DNA of 42,698 nucleotides from Bacteroidota bacterium (GTDB lineage: Bacteria > Bacteroidota > Bacteroidia > J057), in the NCBI GenBank assembly GCA_013298365.1, contig JAAFHL010000003.1, positions 1 to 42,698 of the forward strand, read 5' to 3'. The position numbers were made by a program, and so were the translations under genes. Position 1 is the first letter of the stretch, and every line of letters begins with the position of its first letter. Below, piece after piece: positions 32,432 through 39,973 of this stretch. The notes under the pieces are model-generated. The model had not been told where the DNA came from. It saw only the letters and a program-made list of their open reading frames with translations, and searched no databases.

Positions 32432-35260
32432 ATGCTACTTGTTCTCCTCATTTTTTTGTTTCCATTGCTCAGTTTTACCAAACAATTATCTTTTGGGAAC
32501 AAATTGCCTTTTGCCAACTATTTTGCCATAGGCAATATGGCGGCTGCTTTTGTATGTGCTATTCTTTTGTGCTACGACATTTGGACAAATGATACAATTA
32601 TCGCTACAAAATGGGAATGGCTCTCTTTTTCGCAACCTTTTTTGCAAGGCAAAAACATTGTCATTTCCCTTGATTTTTATATAGACAAACTTTCTGCCTT
32701 GATGATGGCTTTGGTGTTGGGGATTTCTACCTTAGTGCATGTTTTTTCTATTTCCTATATGAAAAATGATGCCTATTTGCACCGCTATTGGGCATATTTG
32801 GGTTTGTTTTGTGCGGCAATGTTGGGTATTTTGGTAGCAGGAAATTTGACTTTTATGTTTATCTGTTGGGAATTAGTGGGCGTGAGTTCCTATTTTCTCA
32901 TTGGTTTTTGGTTTACCAAAAAAGCACCTGCTATGGCAAGCGAAAAAGCCTTTTTGGTCAATCGTATTGGCGATGTGGGTTTTCTTGCAGGCATTTTGAT
33001 GGTTTATTGCACGTTTGGCACAGTCAATCTACAAGAATTAAACACCATTTTTGCTAATGCCACACACACAGGAGATATATGGCATTTCACGCTTGAAAAT
33101 AATTTTCAACTTTCAACTTTCAACTTTCAACTTACCATTTTAGGTATTTTGTTATTTTGTGGTTGCATCGCAAAGTCGGCACAATTTCCCCTACAAATCT
33201 GGCTACCCGATGCCATGGAAGGTCCTACGCCCGTTTCGTCCCTGATACATGCTGCTACGATGGTGGCTGCGGGTGTTTATCTCACCGCCAAAATTTATGC
33301 CCTACTCACCTTAGATGCCCTAGCATTTATTGCTATTACAGGCGCAATTACCGCTTTTACTGCCGCAATTTCTGCCATTTCGCAAACCGATATAAAACGT
33401 GTCCTTGCCTACTCTACGATTTCGCAGTTGGGTTATATGGTTATGGCAATGGGAACGCATGGCTACGAATATTCCTTGTTTCACCTGCTCACACATGCTT
33501 TTTTTAAGTGTGGTTTGTTCTTGATTGCCGCCATTATCATTCACGAAATAGCCCATCAAATCGAACATTTAGCCCACAAAAATCCACAATTTGCCCATAT
33601 TTCCGCACAAGATATGCGCTATATGGGCGGCTTGCACAAATATATGCCCAAAACCTTTTATGCGTATATATGCTGTATGTTTGCCTTGTCTGGCGTGCCT
33701 TTGTTTTCGGGTTTTTTGAGCAAAGAAGGTATTTTGATTCACACTTTGCAATGGGCAAATGCAAATACCTTGAACGGAAGCCAAATGTACGTATATATTG
33801 TGCCGATTTTGGCATTTGCTACAGCGGCTATAACCGCTTTTTATATGACAAGACATGCTTTGCTTATTTTTGGCGGAGAAAATAGGTTATTGAATCATAG
33901 AAATACCGCCTTTTTGGGATTAAAACGCTTCTTTTTTGAACGAATTAGACATAAAAAAGGAACAGGCTATCACACTGGTAGTCTTAGCTTTCATGAAGCA
34001 CCTGCCCTAATGCTTGTGCCTGTTGCTATTTTAGCGATGCTTTCTGTGTTTATTTGGTTCTCTTTTTCGCCTTTTTCAGCAGAAAATAGTTGGTTCATGT
34101 TGAATATCTTACCTGCAAAAAATATTTTTATTCCCACAGAAACAGATGTCCACATTTCACATCTTGCGGTAAGTTTTGCCTCACTTGTTTTGGTAGGAAC
34201 AGGGGCTTTTTTTGCCTATTTTCTGTGGAAAAAAAGCCCGCAAAAACTCTTTTTTCCAAAATTTCAGGCTTTTCTTACCTATTTTAGCCTCCCTTATGCC
34301 CACATTTCCACTTTCAACTTTCAACTCTCAACTTTCCTTGCTATTTTTGACAAGAAAATCGTAGATGGTTTTGTAAACCTTGTGGGCAACGTTGTTGTAA
34401 AGCCGCACAAAGGTTACCAATCTTTTGACCAAAACATAATTGGTGGCTTTTTTGATGCTGTAGCTAATTTTATTGTAAATCCACAACGGGGCAACCTTTC
34501 TTTGTCTTGGTTTGCTGCCAAATTTGACTACCATATTATAGACGGAATCGTGAATACAATCGGAAAAGGAACAAAAAAAGTAGGTGAAAAAGTTCGTAAC
34601 ACGCAAACGGGAAGTTTGCAGAACTATATCTTATTTGCGCTGATAGGCATATTACTATTGGGCGGCAGTGCTTGGTTTATGCTAAAAGGAAAGCCTTTTT
34701 CGCCTGTAACAAGCAGCGAAATTTTGGCAGAAAAGCATATTTATGCGGTTGTAAAAGCCGCTTTACAACAAGATAAGATTATTGCAGATTTTGCGGAAAC
34801 GGCTTATATTTCACCTATACTTATCAATGAGTCAGAACTTTTGGCAACGGATAGCAGCGAATTTCCAAGCATAAATACGGCGTTGGGCGATAGTTTTGCC
34901 TTTACTAAAAATGATTTTGTTTTTTTTCAACGCCAATTTAGCGTCCGTCCCGATTCTTTTTTAATGGTTTCTGATTCTTTTTCGAGTAAAAATATCATTA
35001 CCTTGGCAGCACTTGCCACGTCTTTGGGTGATTCTGCGAGCAATGATTCCAGTATTTGGGAGCTTTTTCATGAAATAAAAGGAAGTCAGCTCCATTTTTA
35101 TCAAATATCGCTGCCCATTTTCTCCGAAAATAGGAAACAATGTCTGCTTTCTATCAAAATGCAATGCGGAAACAACTGCGGAAAAGGGCATAAACTCTTG
35201 CTACGCAAAGAAAATGAAATGTGGAAAGTGGTGAAGGTTTTTCAACAATGGAGTTCGTAA
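32432..35260 (+). CDS. orphan NuoL/ND5/MrpA-like proton-translocating antiporter subunit with ~190-aa C-terminal soluble extension
   Basis: FYIDKLSALM, WELVGVSSYFLIGFW, FLVNRIGDVGF, KSAQFPLQIWLPDAMEGPTPVSSLIHAATMVAAGVYL and HEAPALMLVP are hallmark NuoL/ND5 motifs. After the last TM helix (about aa 755) comes a non-membrane tail ending ...CGNNCGKGHKLLLRKENEMWKVV. No other nuo/mrp genes are in the window. Confidence 0.75.
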   Translation: MLLVLLIFLFPLLSFTKQLSFGNKLPFANYFAIGNMAAAFVCAILLCYDIWTNDTIIATKWEWLSFSQPFLQGKNIVISLDFYIDKLSALMMALVLGISTLVHVFSISYMKNDAYLHRYWAYLGLFCAAMLGILVAGNLTFMFICWELVGVSSYFLIGFWFTKKAPAMASEKAFLVNRIGDVGFLAGILMVYCTFGTVNLQELNTIFANATHTGDIWHFTLENNFQLSTFNFQLTILGILLFCGCIAKSAQFPLQIWLPDAMEGPTPVSSLIHAATMVAAGVYLTAKIYALLTLDALAFIAITGAITAFTAAISAISQTDIKRVLAYSTISQLGYMVMAMGTHGYEYSLFHLLTHAFFKCGLFLIAAIIIHEIAHQIEHLAHKNPQFAHISAQDMRYMGGLHKYMPKTFYAYICCMFALSGVPLFSGFLSKEGILIHTLQWANANTLNGSQMYVYIVPILAFATAAITAFYMTRHALLIFGGENRLLNHRNTAFLGLKRFFFERIRHKKGTGYHTGSLSFHEAPALMLVPVAILAMLSVFIWFSFSPFSAENSWFMLNILPAKNIFIPTETDVHISHLAVSFASLVLVGTGAFFAYFLWKKSPQKLFFPKFQAFLTYFSLPYAHISTFNFQLSTFLAIFDKKIVDGFVNLVGNVVVKPHKGYQSFDQNIIGGFFDAVANFIVNPQRGNLSLSWFAAKFDYHIIDGIVNTIGKGTKKVGEKVRNTQTGSLQNYILFALIGILLLGGSAWFMLKGKPFSPVTSSEILAEKHIYAVVKAALQQDKIIADFAETAYISPILINESELLATDSSEFPSINTALGDSFAFTKNDFVFFQRQFSVRPDSFLMVSDSFSSKNIITLAALATSLGDSASNDSSIWELFHEIKGSQLHFYQISLPIFSENRKQCLLSIKMQCGNNCGKGHKLLLRKENEMWKVVKVFQQWSS
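33107..33134. repeat. CAACTTT heptanucleotide tandem array (4 units) inside the NuoL-like CDS
   Basis: caacttt caacttt caacttt caactta, encoding FQLSTFNFQL. Confidence 0.85.
34309..34336. repeat. CAACTTT-type heptanucleotide array (4 units) inside the NuoL-like CDS
   Basis: ccacttt caacttt caactct caacttt, encoding STFNFQLSTF. Confidence 0.85.
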
Positions 35261-35265
35261 TTCTA

Positions 35266-35398
35266 CTTTGTTAGGTTGAAAACTAACGAATGAGCGAAGC
35301 AGTCTCACATAGCGGTATCAAAAGCATTGATTATCCACAATATGTGGGATTGCTTCGCTCGTTCACTCATGCAAAACTGCTCGCAATGACACACCTTA
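35266..35398. repeat. dispersed 'gcgaagca.tc / cattgcgag' family repeat, copy 2 (internally inverted)
   Basis: gagcgaagcagtctcacat (35292-35310) is the near reverse complement of atgtgggattgcttcgctc (35342-35360). It shares ctttgt.aggttgaaaa and gcgaagca.tctcac.tag.ggtat.aaaagc.ttgatt with 6959-7100. Confidence 0.65.
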
Positions 35399-35536
35399 TA
35401 CTATGCAAATTATTACTTTATTTTATCTCCATTCCTAAAATTCATTCGCAACTTGCATTAAATAGAAAAAAATAGTACTTTTGCTTGTGCAAGAATATAC
35501 ATTTTAGGCATCATCAACATCAAACATATTTTCAAC

Positions 35537-36283
35537 ATGAAAAAACAATTATTTTGGGTCTTAATCGCTTGTTTTACCTTTGTTGCTTGTCAAAAAGACG
35601 AAAAACAAGCTGATAAGGGAGGCAATTCAACAAAAGAAATGCCAGAGAAAAATATAAATACCACAGTGGCTATTATGGACGTAGTAGGTACTTATACAGG
35701 TATGTTTGGCAACAATAAAATTACCATTGGCATAAAAGACCTTGCCGCAAATGGCGAAGCAAGGGGATATAGTGTGGTAGCGGGCAATAATCGTCCTTTT
35801 TTGGGAACATATCAGCAAAAAGGAGACGAATATATTTTCTCGGTAAAAGAGCCTGGCGATGATAAATATGATGGTGAGTTTGAGTTTACGATTCCTGCGG
35901 GACATCAAAACTTGGTCGGAAAATGGATACCTTTTAACAAAGGACAACTAACTGAAAAAACCTATAATTTAGCCAAAAGAGAATTTAAGTATAATACAAC
36001 AGACGGAAAATATGCTTTTGCTTCGGAAAATACCTTAAATATTGCTGAAATAGAAAACATGACAAAAACGGATTTGCGTATGATGCGCAACGAAATGTAT
36101 GCTCGTCATGGCTACTCCTTCAAAATGAAAGATATGCGTGCTTATTTTGAAAACCAAGATTGGTATATGCCCATGAATACAGATGTGCGCAATATGCTTA
36201 CTCCGATTGAAAAGAAAAACGAGGAACTCATAAAGCGATATGAAAAATATGCGCAAGAGTATTATGATGAGTATGGAAGGTAG
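35537..36283 (+). CDS. lipoprotein with C-terminal YARHG domain
   Basis: The MKKQLFWVLIACFTFVAC lipobox and LRMMRNEMYARHGYSFKMKDMRAYFENQDWY match the YARHG domain signature. Confidence 0.75.
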   Translation: MKKQLFWVLIACFTFVACQKDEKQADKGGNSTKEMPEKNINTTVAIMDVVGTYTGMFGNNKITIGIKDLAANGEARGYSVVAGNNRPFLGTYQQKGDEYIFSVKEPGDDKYDGEFEFTIPAGHQNLVGKWIPFNKGQLTEKTYNLAKREFKYNTTDGKYAFASENTLNIAEIENMTKTDLRMMRNEMYARHGYSFKMKDMRAYFENQDWYMPMNTDVRNMLTPIEKKNEELIKRYEKYAQEYYDEYGR

Positions 36284-36312
36284 TTTTTTGTTTGAAAATC
36301 TAACTTAATACG

Positions 36313-37014
36313 ATGAAAAATAAACGATTACATTTTAGGCTTGAAAATCCCTGTGAAGCAAATAGGGATAATTTGCTTCCCGAAGAAAAAGGTTTTTTTT
36401 GCTTGTTGTGTCAAAAAAAAGTCATAGATTTCGCTAACATGACAGATGATGCGATTTTTGATTTTTTCCAAGATAAAAACAATCTTCTATTTGGCTGTGG
36501 ACAATATACAGAACGGCAATTATCGGAAGGGATTATGGCTAAACAGCAAGCTCTACATCATATTCCAACATTTCGCAAAATTGCCGTAATTACAATTTTG
36601 GGTTTATCTATGACAGGATTGCCCTTGAAATTGCAGGCGCAAAGTGTGATAGAAGAAGTAATACCCGCAGAATATCAAGAAGTTACAAAAAAATATCTGC
36701 TTCCCGAAAGATATGAAGAAATAGAAGTTCCCGCAGAATATACAACGGTACAAAAAACTGTCTTAATAAAAAAAGGTGGAGGGTATGTAGAATGGCGAGA
36801 AAGCTGTGGGGCAAAAATGGAGAATCATATAAGTGTCGCTATTAGTGCTATTCAGCAAGCATTGACAGAAAAATATTTTTACAAAGGAGATATAGACAAT
36901 ATTTGGGGCGAGGCTACTCGTCAGGCATTGATGGAATTTAAGCAAAAAAATGGGCTGGCAATTAGTACAGATTTTGATGAAGAAACATTAACTGCTTTGG
37001 GCGTTTTGAAATAA
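36313..37014 (+). CDS. membrane-anchored protein: N-terminal Cys-rich (zinc-ribbon-like) region, one TM helix, P-A-E-Y repeats, C-terminal peptidoglycan-binding domain
   Basis: CEANRD...CLLCQKKVIDF, TM segment IAVITILGLSMTGL, repeats IPAEYQEV/VPAEYTTV, and the C-terminus IQQALTEKYFYKGDIDNIWGEATRQALMEFKQKNGLAISTDFDEETLTAL. Confidence 0.6.
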   Translation: MKNKRLHFRLENPCEANRDNLLPEEKGFFCLLCQKKVIDFANMTDDAIFDFFQDKNNLLFGCGQYTERQLSEGIMAKQQALHHIPTFRKIAVITILGLSMTGLPLKLQAQSVIEEVIPAEYQEVTKKYLLPERYEEIEVPAEYTTVQKTVLIKKGGGYVEWRESCGAKMENHISVAISAIQQALTEKYFYKGDIDNIWGEATRQALMEFKQKNGLAISTDFDEETLTALGVLK

Positions 37015-37041
37015 TTAATCCAGTAATTTTATTAGACTTAT

Positions 37042-37674
37042 ATGGAAAAGAAAAACTTAGATTTTGATTTAGCACAAATATTTGAGACATTTCATTTGGT
37101 AGAGGCAGACAAGAGGCAAGATTTAGAAAATTGGGTGGCTGCAAATTATGAGTTAGATGCTTTTGAACAGCAAATTGTCAATGATTTGCATGAAGATATT
37201 TCATTGACGAGCGACCATATGAATGAAGAAGAATTGAAGGCAAAATTAGTAAGCCTGATATTTTATGTGTCAAAAATTCAAGTTCAAAAAAAGATAATGG
37301 TTTTTTATGAAAGGGCATTAAGTGGCGTTGTAGAAAATACTTCATTATCCGTAATTTGTGATTGTATGGTGGCAAGCCCGATTGTGGGTACACCTAAATA
37401 TCCTTACTTTTTTTTGCAAGAATTTAAGAAGAAAAAAGGCGAGAAAAAAGACCCTGAAGCACAAATGCTTATGGCAATGCTCATTGCACAGCAAAAAAAA
37501 CAGGATAATAAAACTATTTATGGCGGCTATCTTGTAGGAACAAGTTGGAAATTTACTACTTTATCCCAAAATGAATACTGTGTGAGTCGCATATTCGAAG
37601 CAACTAACAAAAATGACTTAATACAAATTATTTTTATTTTACGTAAATTAAAAGAAATCATTTTAAATCGTTAA
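37042..37674 (+). CDS. small PD-(D/E)xK fold protein, HsdR N-terminal-domain-like (paralog 2)
   Basis: MNEEELK, CDCM (Asp), LQEFK (E-x-K), IAQ, GTSWKF and a C-terminal IIFILRKLKEII. Collinear with paralogs 1 and 3. Confidence 0.6.
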   Translation: MEKKNLDFDLAQIFETFHLVEADKRQDLENWVAANYELDAFEQQIVNDLHEDISLTSDHMNEEELKAKLVSLIFYVSKIQVQKKIMVFYERALSGVVENTSLSVICDCMVASPIVGTPKYPYFFLQEFKKKKGEKKDPEAQMLMAMLIAQQKKQDNKTIYGGYLVGTSWKFTTLSQNEYCVSRIFEATNKNDLIQIIFILRKLKEIILNR

Positions 37675-37678
37675 TTTT

Positions 37679-38977
37679 ATGAAAAAAAACATTCTCTTTT
37701 TATTGTTAATCGCTATTTCACAAATAGCGATTTGTCAATCTTTTACAAGCTATTTTACAGGTGACACAACCGATATAGATGTTGAGCCTGATGCAGGTAT
37801 CTGCCTTATGGGGGGAGCTACTGAACATGATAGTGCCATGATTTGGTTTTTGAAACAGTCGGCAGGGGGCGATATTGTGGTGATTCGGGCAAGTGGCGCA
37901 GATGGCTACAACGATTATATGTACTCCGAATTAGGTGTGCCTGTTCATTCTGTACAAACAATTGTGTTTAACGATTCTACAGCGGCTTTTTCGCCTTACG
38001 TTGCACAGCAAATTCACAATGCTGAAGCCCTTTGGATTGCTGGCGGCGACCAAAATACCTATCTCAAATATTGGAAAAATACGCCGATTCAAAGCGAATT
38101 ACAATATTTGATAAACGACAAAAAAGCAGCAATAGGCGGCACAAGTGCGGGAATGGCGGTTTTGGGAGATGCCTATTTTTATGCAGGAAATGGAACGGTT
38201 ACTTCTGCGGCTGCGATGGCAAATCCTTACAACACAAATATGACGATTGGGTTTAATGATTTTGTCCATGTTCCTCGCCTTGAACACCTCATCACAGATT
38301 CGCATTATGACAGTCCCGACCGCAGAGCAAGGCATTTTGCGTTTATGGCGCGTATGAGTAAAGATTATGGGATTCGTCCTTTTGGCATTGCTTGTAATGA
38401 ATATGTAGCCGTTTGTATTGAGATAAATGGAATTGCTCGCATCTATGGCGATTATCCTAATTATCAAGAATTTGCGTACTTTTTGCAAGGAAATTGCTAC
38501 ACGCCAAGTGAGCCTGAAACCTGTGTGGCAGGGCAAACACTTACTTGGAACAGAAATAATCAGGCGGTAAAAGTCTATAAAGTGCCTGGCACAAATGGGG
38601 GAAATAATACTTTTGACCTGAATACATGGAAAGATGGAACAGGTGGTACTTGGGAAGATTGGTATGCCGTAAATGGCGTTTTGACCACAAATACGGGTGC
38701 TTTGCCACCGGAATGTACGTTCACCGCAGTAGAGAATGCGCTAAAAACAGGCGTTTCTGTTTATCCAAATCCAAGTAGTGATTTTATTTCGGTAAAAATG
38801 GATAAAAATATGCCTTTTTCCTTCATTATCAGAGATATACAGGGAAAAGAAATGCTTGTAGGGGAGAAAAAGGAAAATGAGGCGCAGATTGCCATTCAAT
38901 CTTTGCCACAAGGTTTTTATCATTTGGAAATCAAGACAAAAGAGGGCTATTTTTCTGCGATTTTTGTGAAAGAATAA
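37679..38977 (+). CDS. peptidase S51 / cyanophycinase-like (class I glutamine-amidotransferase-like fold) protein with T9SS C-terminal sorting domain
   Basis: Signal peptide, then LMGGATEHD, IVVIRASGAD, LWIAGGDQNTY and IGGTSAGMAVLG (nucleophile Ser context). The C-terminus VYPNPSSDFISVKM...LPQGFYHLEIKT has the T9SS CTD pattern. Confidence 0.6.
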   Translation: MKKNILFLLLIAISQIAICQSFTSYFTGDTTDIDVEPDAGICLMGGATEHDSAMIWFLKQSAGGDIVVIRASGADGYNDYMYSELGVPVHSVQTIVFNDSTAAFSPYVAQQIHNAEALWIAGGDQNTYLKYWKNTPIQSELQYLINDKKAAIGGTSAGMAVLGDAYFYAGNGTVTSAAAMANPYNTNMTIGFNDFVHVPRLEHLITDSHYDSPDRRARHFAFMARMSKDYGIRPFGIACNEYVAVCIEINGIARIYGDYPNYQEFAYFLQGNCYTPSEPETCVAGQTLTWNRNNQAVKVYKVPGTNGGNNTFDLNTWKDGTGGTWEDWYAVNGVLTTNTGALPPECTFTAVENALKTGVSVYPNPSSDFISVKMDKNMPFSFIIRDIQGKEMLVGEKKENEAQIAIQSLPQGFYHLEIKTKEGYFSAIFVKE

Positions 38978-39010
38978 TGTGTTTTGCCAAAATAAAGCTA
39001 TTTCTGCTAA

Positions 39011-39066
39011 AAAATGAAAAGATGTTTTAATATTTTTAGCCTTAATATTATGGCATCTTTCATTTT
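39011..39066 (+). terminator. terminator-like hairpin after the S51 peptidase gene
   Basis: aaaatgaaaagatg (39011-39024) pairs with catctttcatttt (39054-39066) with a one-nt bulge. The right arm ends in TTTT. Confidence 0.45.
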
Positions 39067-39154
39067 GCTGTAGCATATCAAAACATAGCAACACAGGCTG
39101 AAACGATTGAAGCAATTAATTTTACTCAATTATATCGCAGACTTTTGAAAAACA

Positions 39155-39184
39155 GCTGGCACAAGCGAGGACGCTTGCGCCAGC
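39155..39184 (-). terminator. repeated hairpin gctggcacaagcg-agga-cgcttgcgccagc, copy 1
   Basis: 13-bp stem with one mismatch, 5 bp beyond the stop of 39189..39818. On the minus strand it is followed by tgtttttcaaaagt. Near-identical copy at 39937-39966. Confidence 0.55.
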
Positions 39185-39188
39185 ATGG

Positions 39189-39818
39189 TTAAATAAAACG
39201 TTGTATAATTTCTTTGGATTTTTGGAGAATGGCAAAGATTTGGAAGATGTCGTCGCTTGTTGCTACATAAGCGTCACTTACCGCATATTGTTTGTCATCT
39301 AACACCACAAAGAACCAGTTTCTACCCACAATATATGCCCCCAAGATTGGGAATTTATTTTCGTTCAAGGCTTGTGCAACAACCATCGTTATGAGTAACT
39401 GACCCAATGCGTCGTCACTCGTGTTTGCTTCTTGCTTATATTCATGAATACAGAAATATGGTGGCTTTGCTGTACGTTTGCCCGTAGCTATCATGAAATC
39501 TACCTTGCCTGTTATTTTTATCTCATTCATCGTTATTTCAAGTGTTCTTTGGGTAAAGGGCTTAAAATTAGTTGTTTCTAAATCGGCAAGTTCTATTAGA
39601 GGGCCAATAAAGAACATTTTGAGTTCATCTTCATTCCAATTAAATACCTGTTTAAATAAATGATTTTTGGATTTATTTAACACAAATTCTTGAATATTAT
39701 CTATGTTAGGCACAGCCTTTAGCCATTCTTCTAATAAATTGCATTGAAATACCCTATTGAGGAAGAAGACCTCTTCCACTTCTTCAAAAGTGTATGTACT
39801 AAATGTACGTGTTATCAT
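39189..39818 (-). CDS. small PD-(D/E)xK fold protein, HsdR N-terminal-domain-like (paralog 3)
   Basis: WNEDELK, VDFM (Asp), IHEYK (E-x-K), VAQ, GRNWFF and a C-terminal IFAILQKSKEII. Confidence 0.6.
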   Translation of the reverse strand: MITRTFSTYTFEEVEEVFFLNRVFQCNLLEEWLKAVPNIDNIQEFVLNKSKNHLFKQVFNWNEDELKMFFIGPLIELADLETTNFKPFTQRTLEITMNEIKITGKVDFMIATGKRTAKPPYFCIHEYKQEANTSDDALGQLLITMVVAQALNENKFPILGAYIVGRNWFFVVLDDKQYAVSDAYVATSDDIFQIFAILQKSKEIIQRFI

Positions 39819-39936
39819 AATATTGCTTGTTTAAACAACAAAGATAGACTTTTTTCGGCTTTTTGGCAAAAAAGAAAAGACACAAGGTAAGTCGTGCCTT
39901 TGTGTGTGTATAAAACAAGCGAACGCTTGAATGATA

Positions 39937-39966
39937 GCTGGCACAAGCGAGGACGCTTGCACCAGC
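39937..39966 (-). terminator. repeated hairpin gctggcacaagcg-agga-cgcttgcaccagc, copy 2
   Basis: Same sequence as 39155-39184 apart from one substitution. It lies 8 bp beyond the stop of the tail-fibre-like gene. Confidence 0.45.
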
Positions 39967-39973
39967 ATTGGTA

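Noticed and set aside
32432-35260. Part of a complex I (nuo) operon
   Set aside because: No nuoK/nuoM/nuoJ-like or other respiratory-complex genes flank it. The neighbours are unrelated and divergently or independently transcribed.
35290-35475. 61-aa ORF (MSEAVSHSGIKS…LLAMTHL…)
   Set aside because: It is the translation of the dispersed gcgaagca/cattgcgag repeat, and an equivalent sequence at 6959-7100 is not open.
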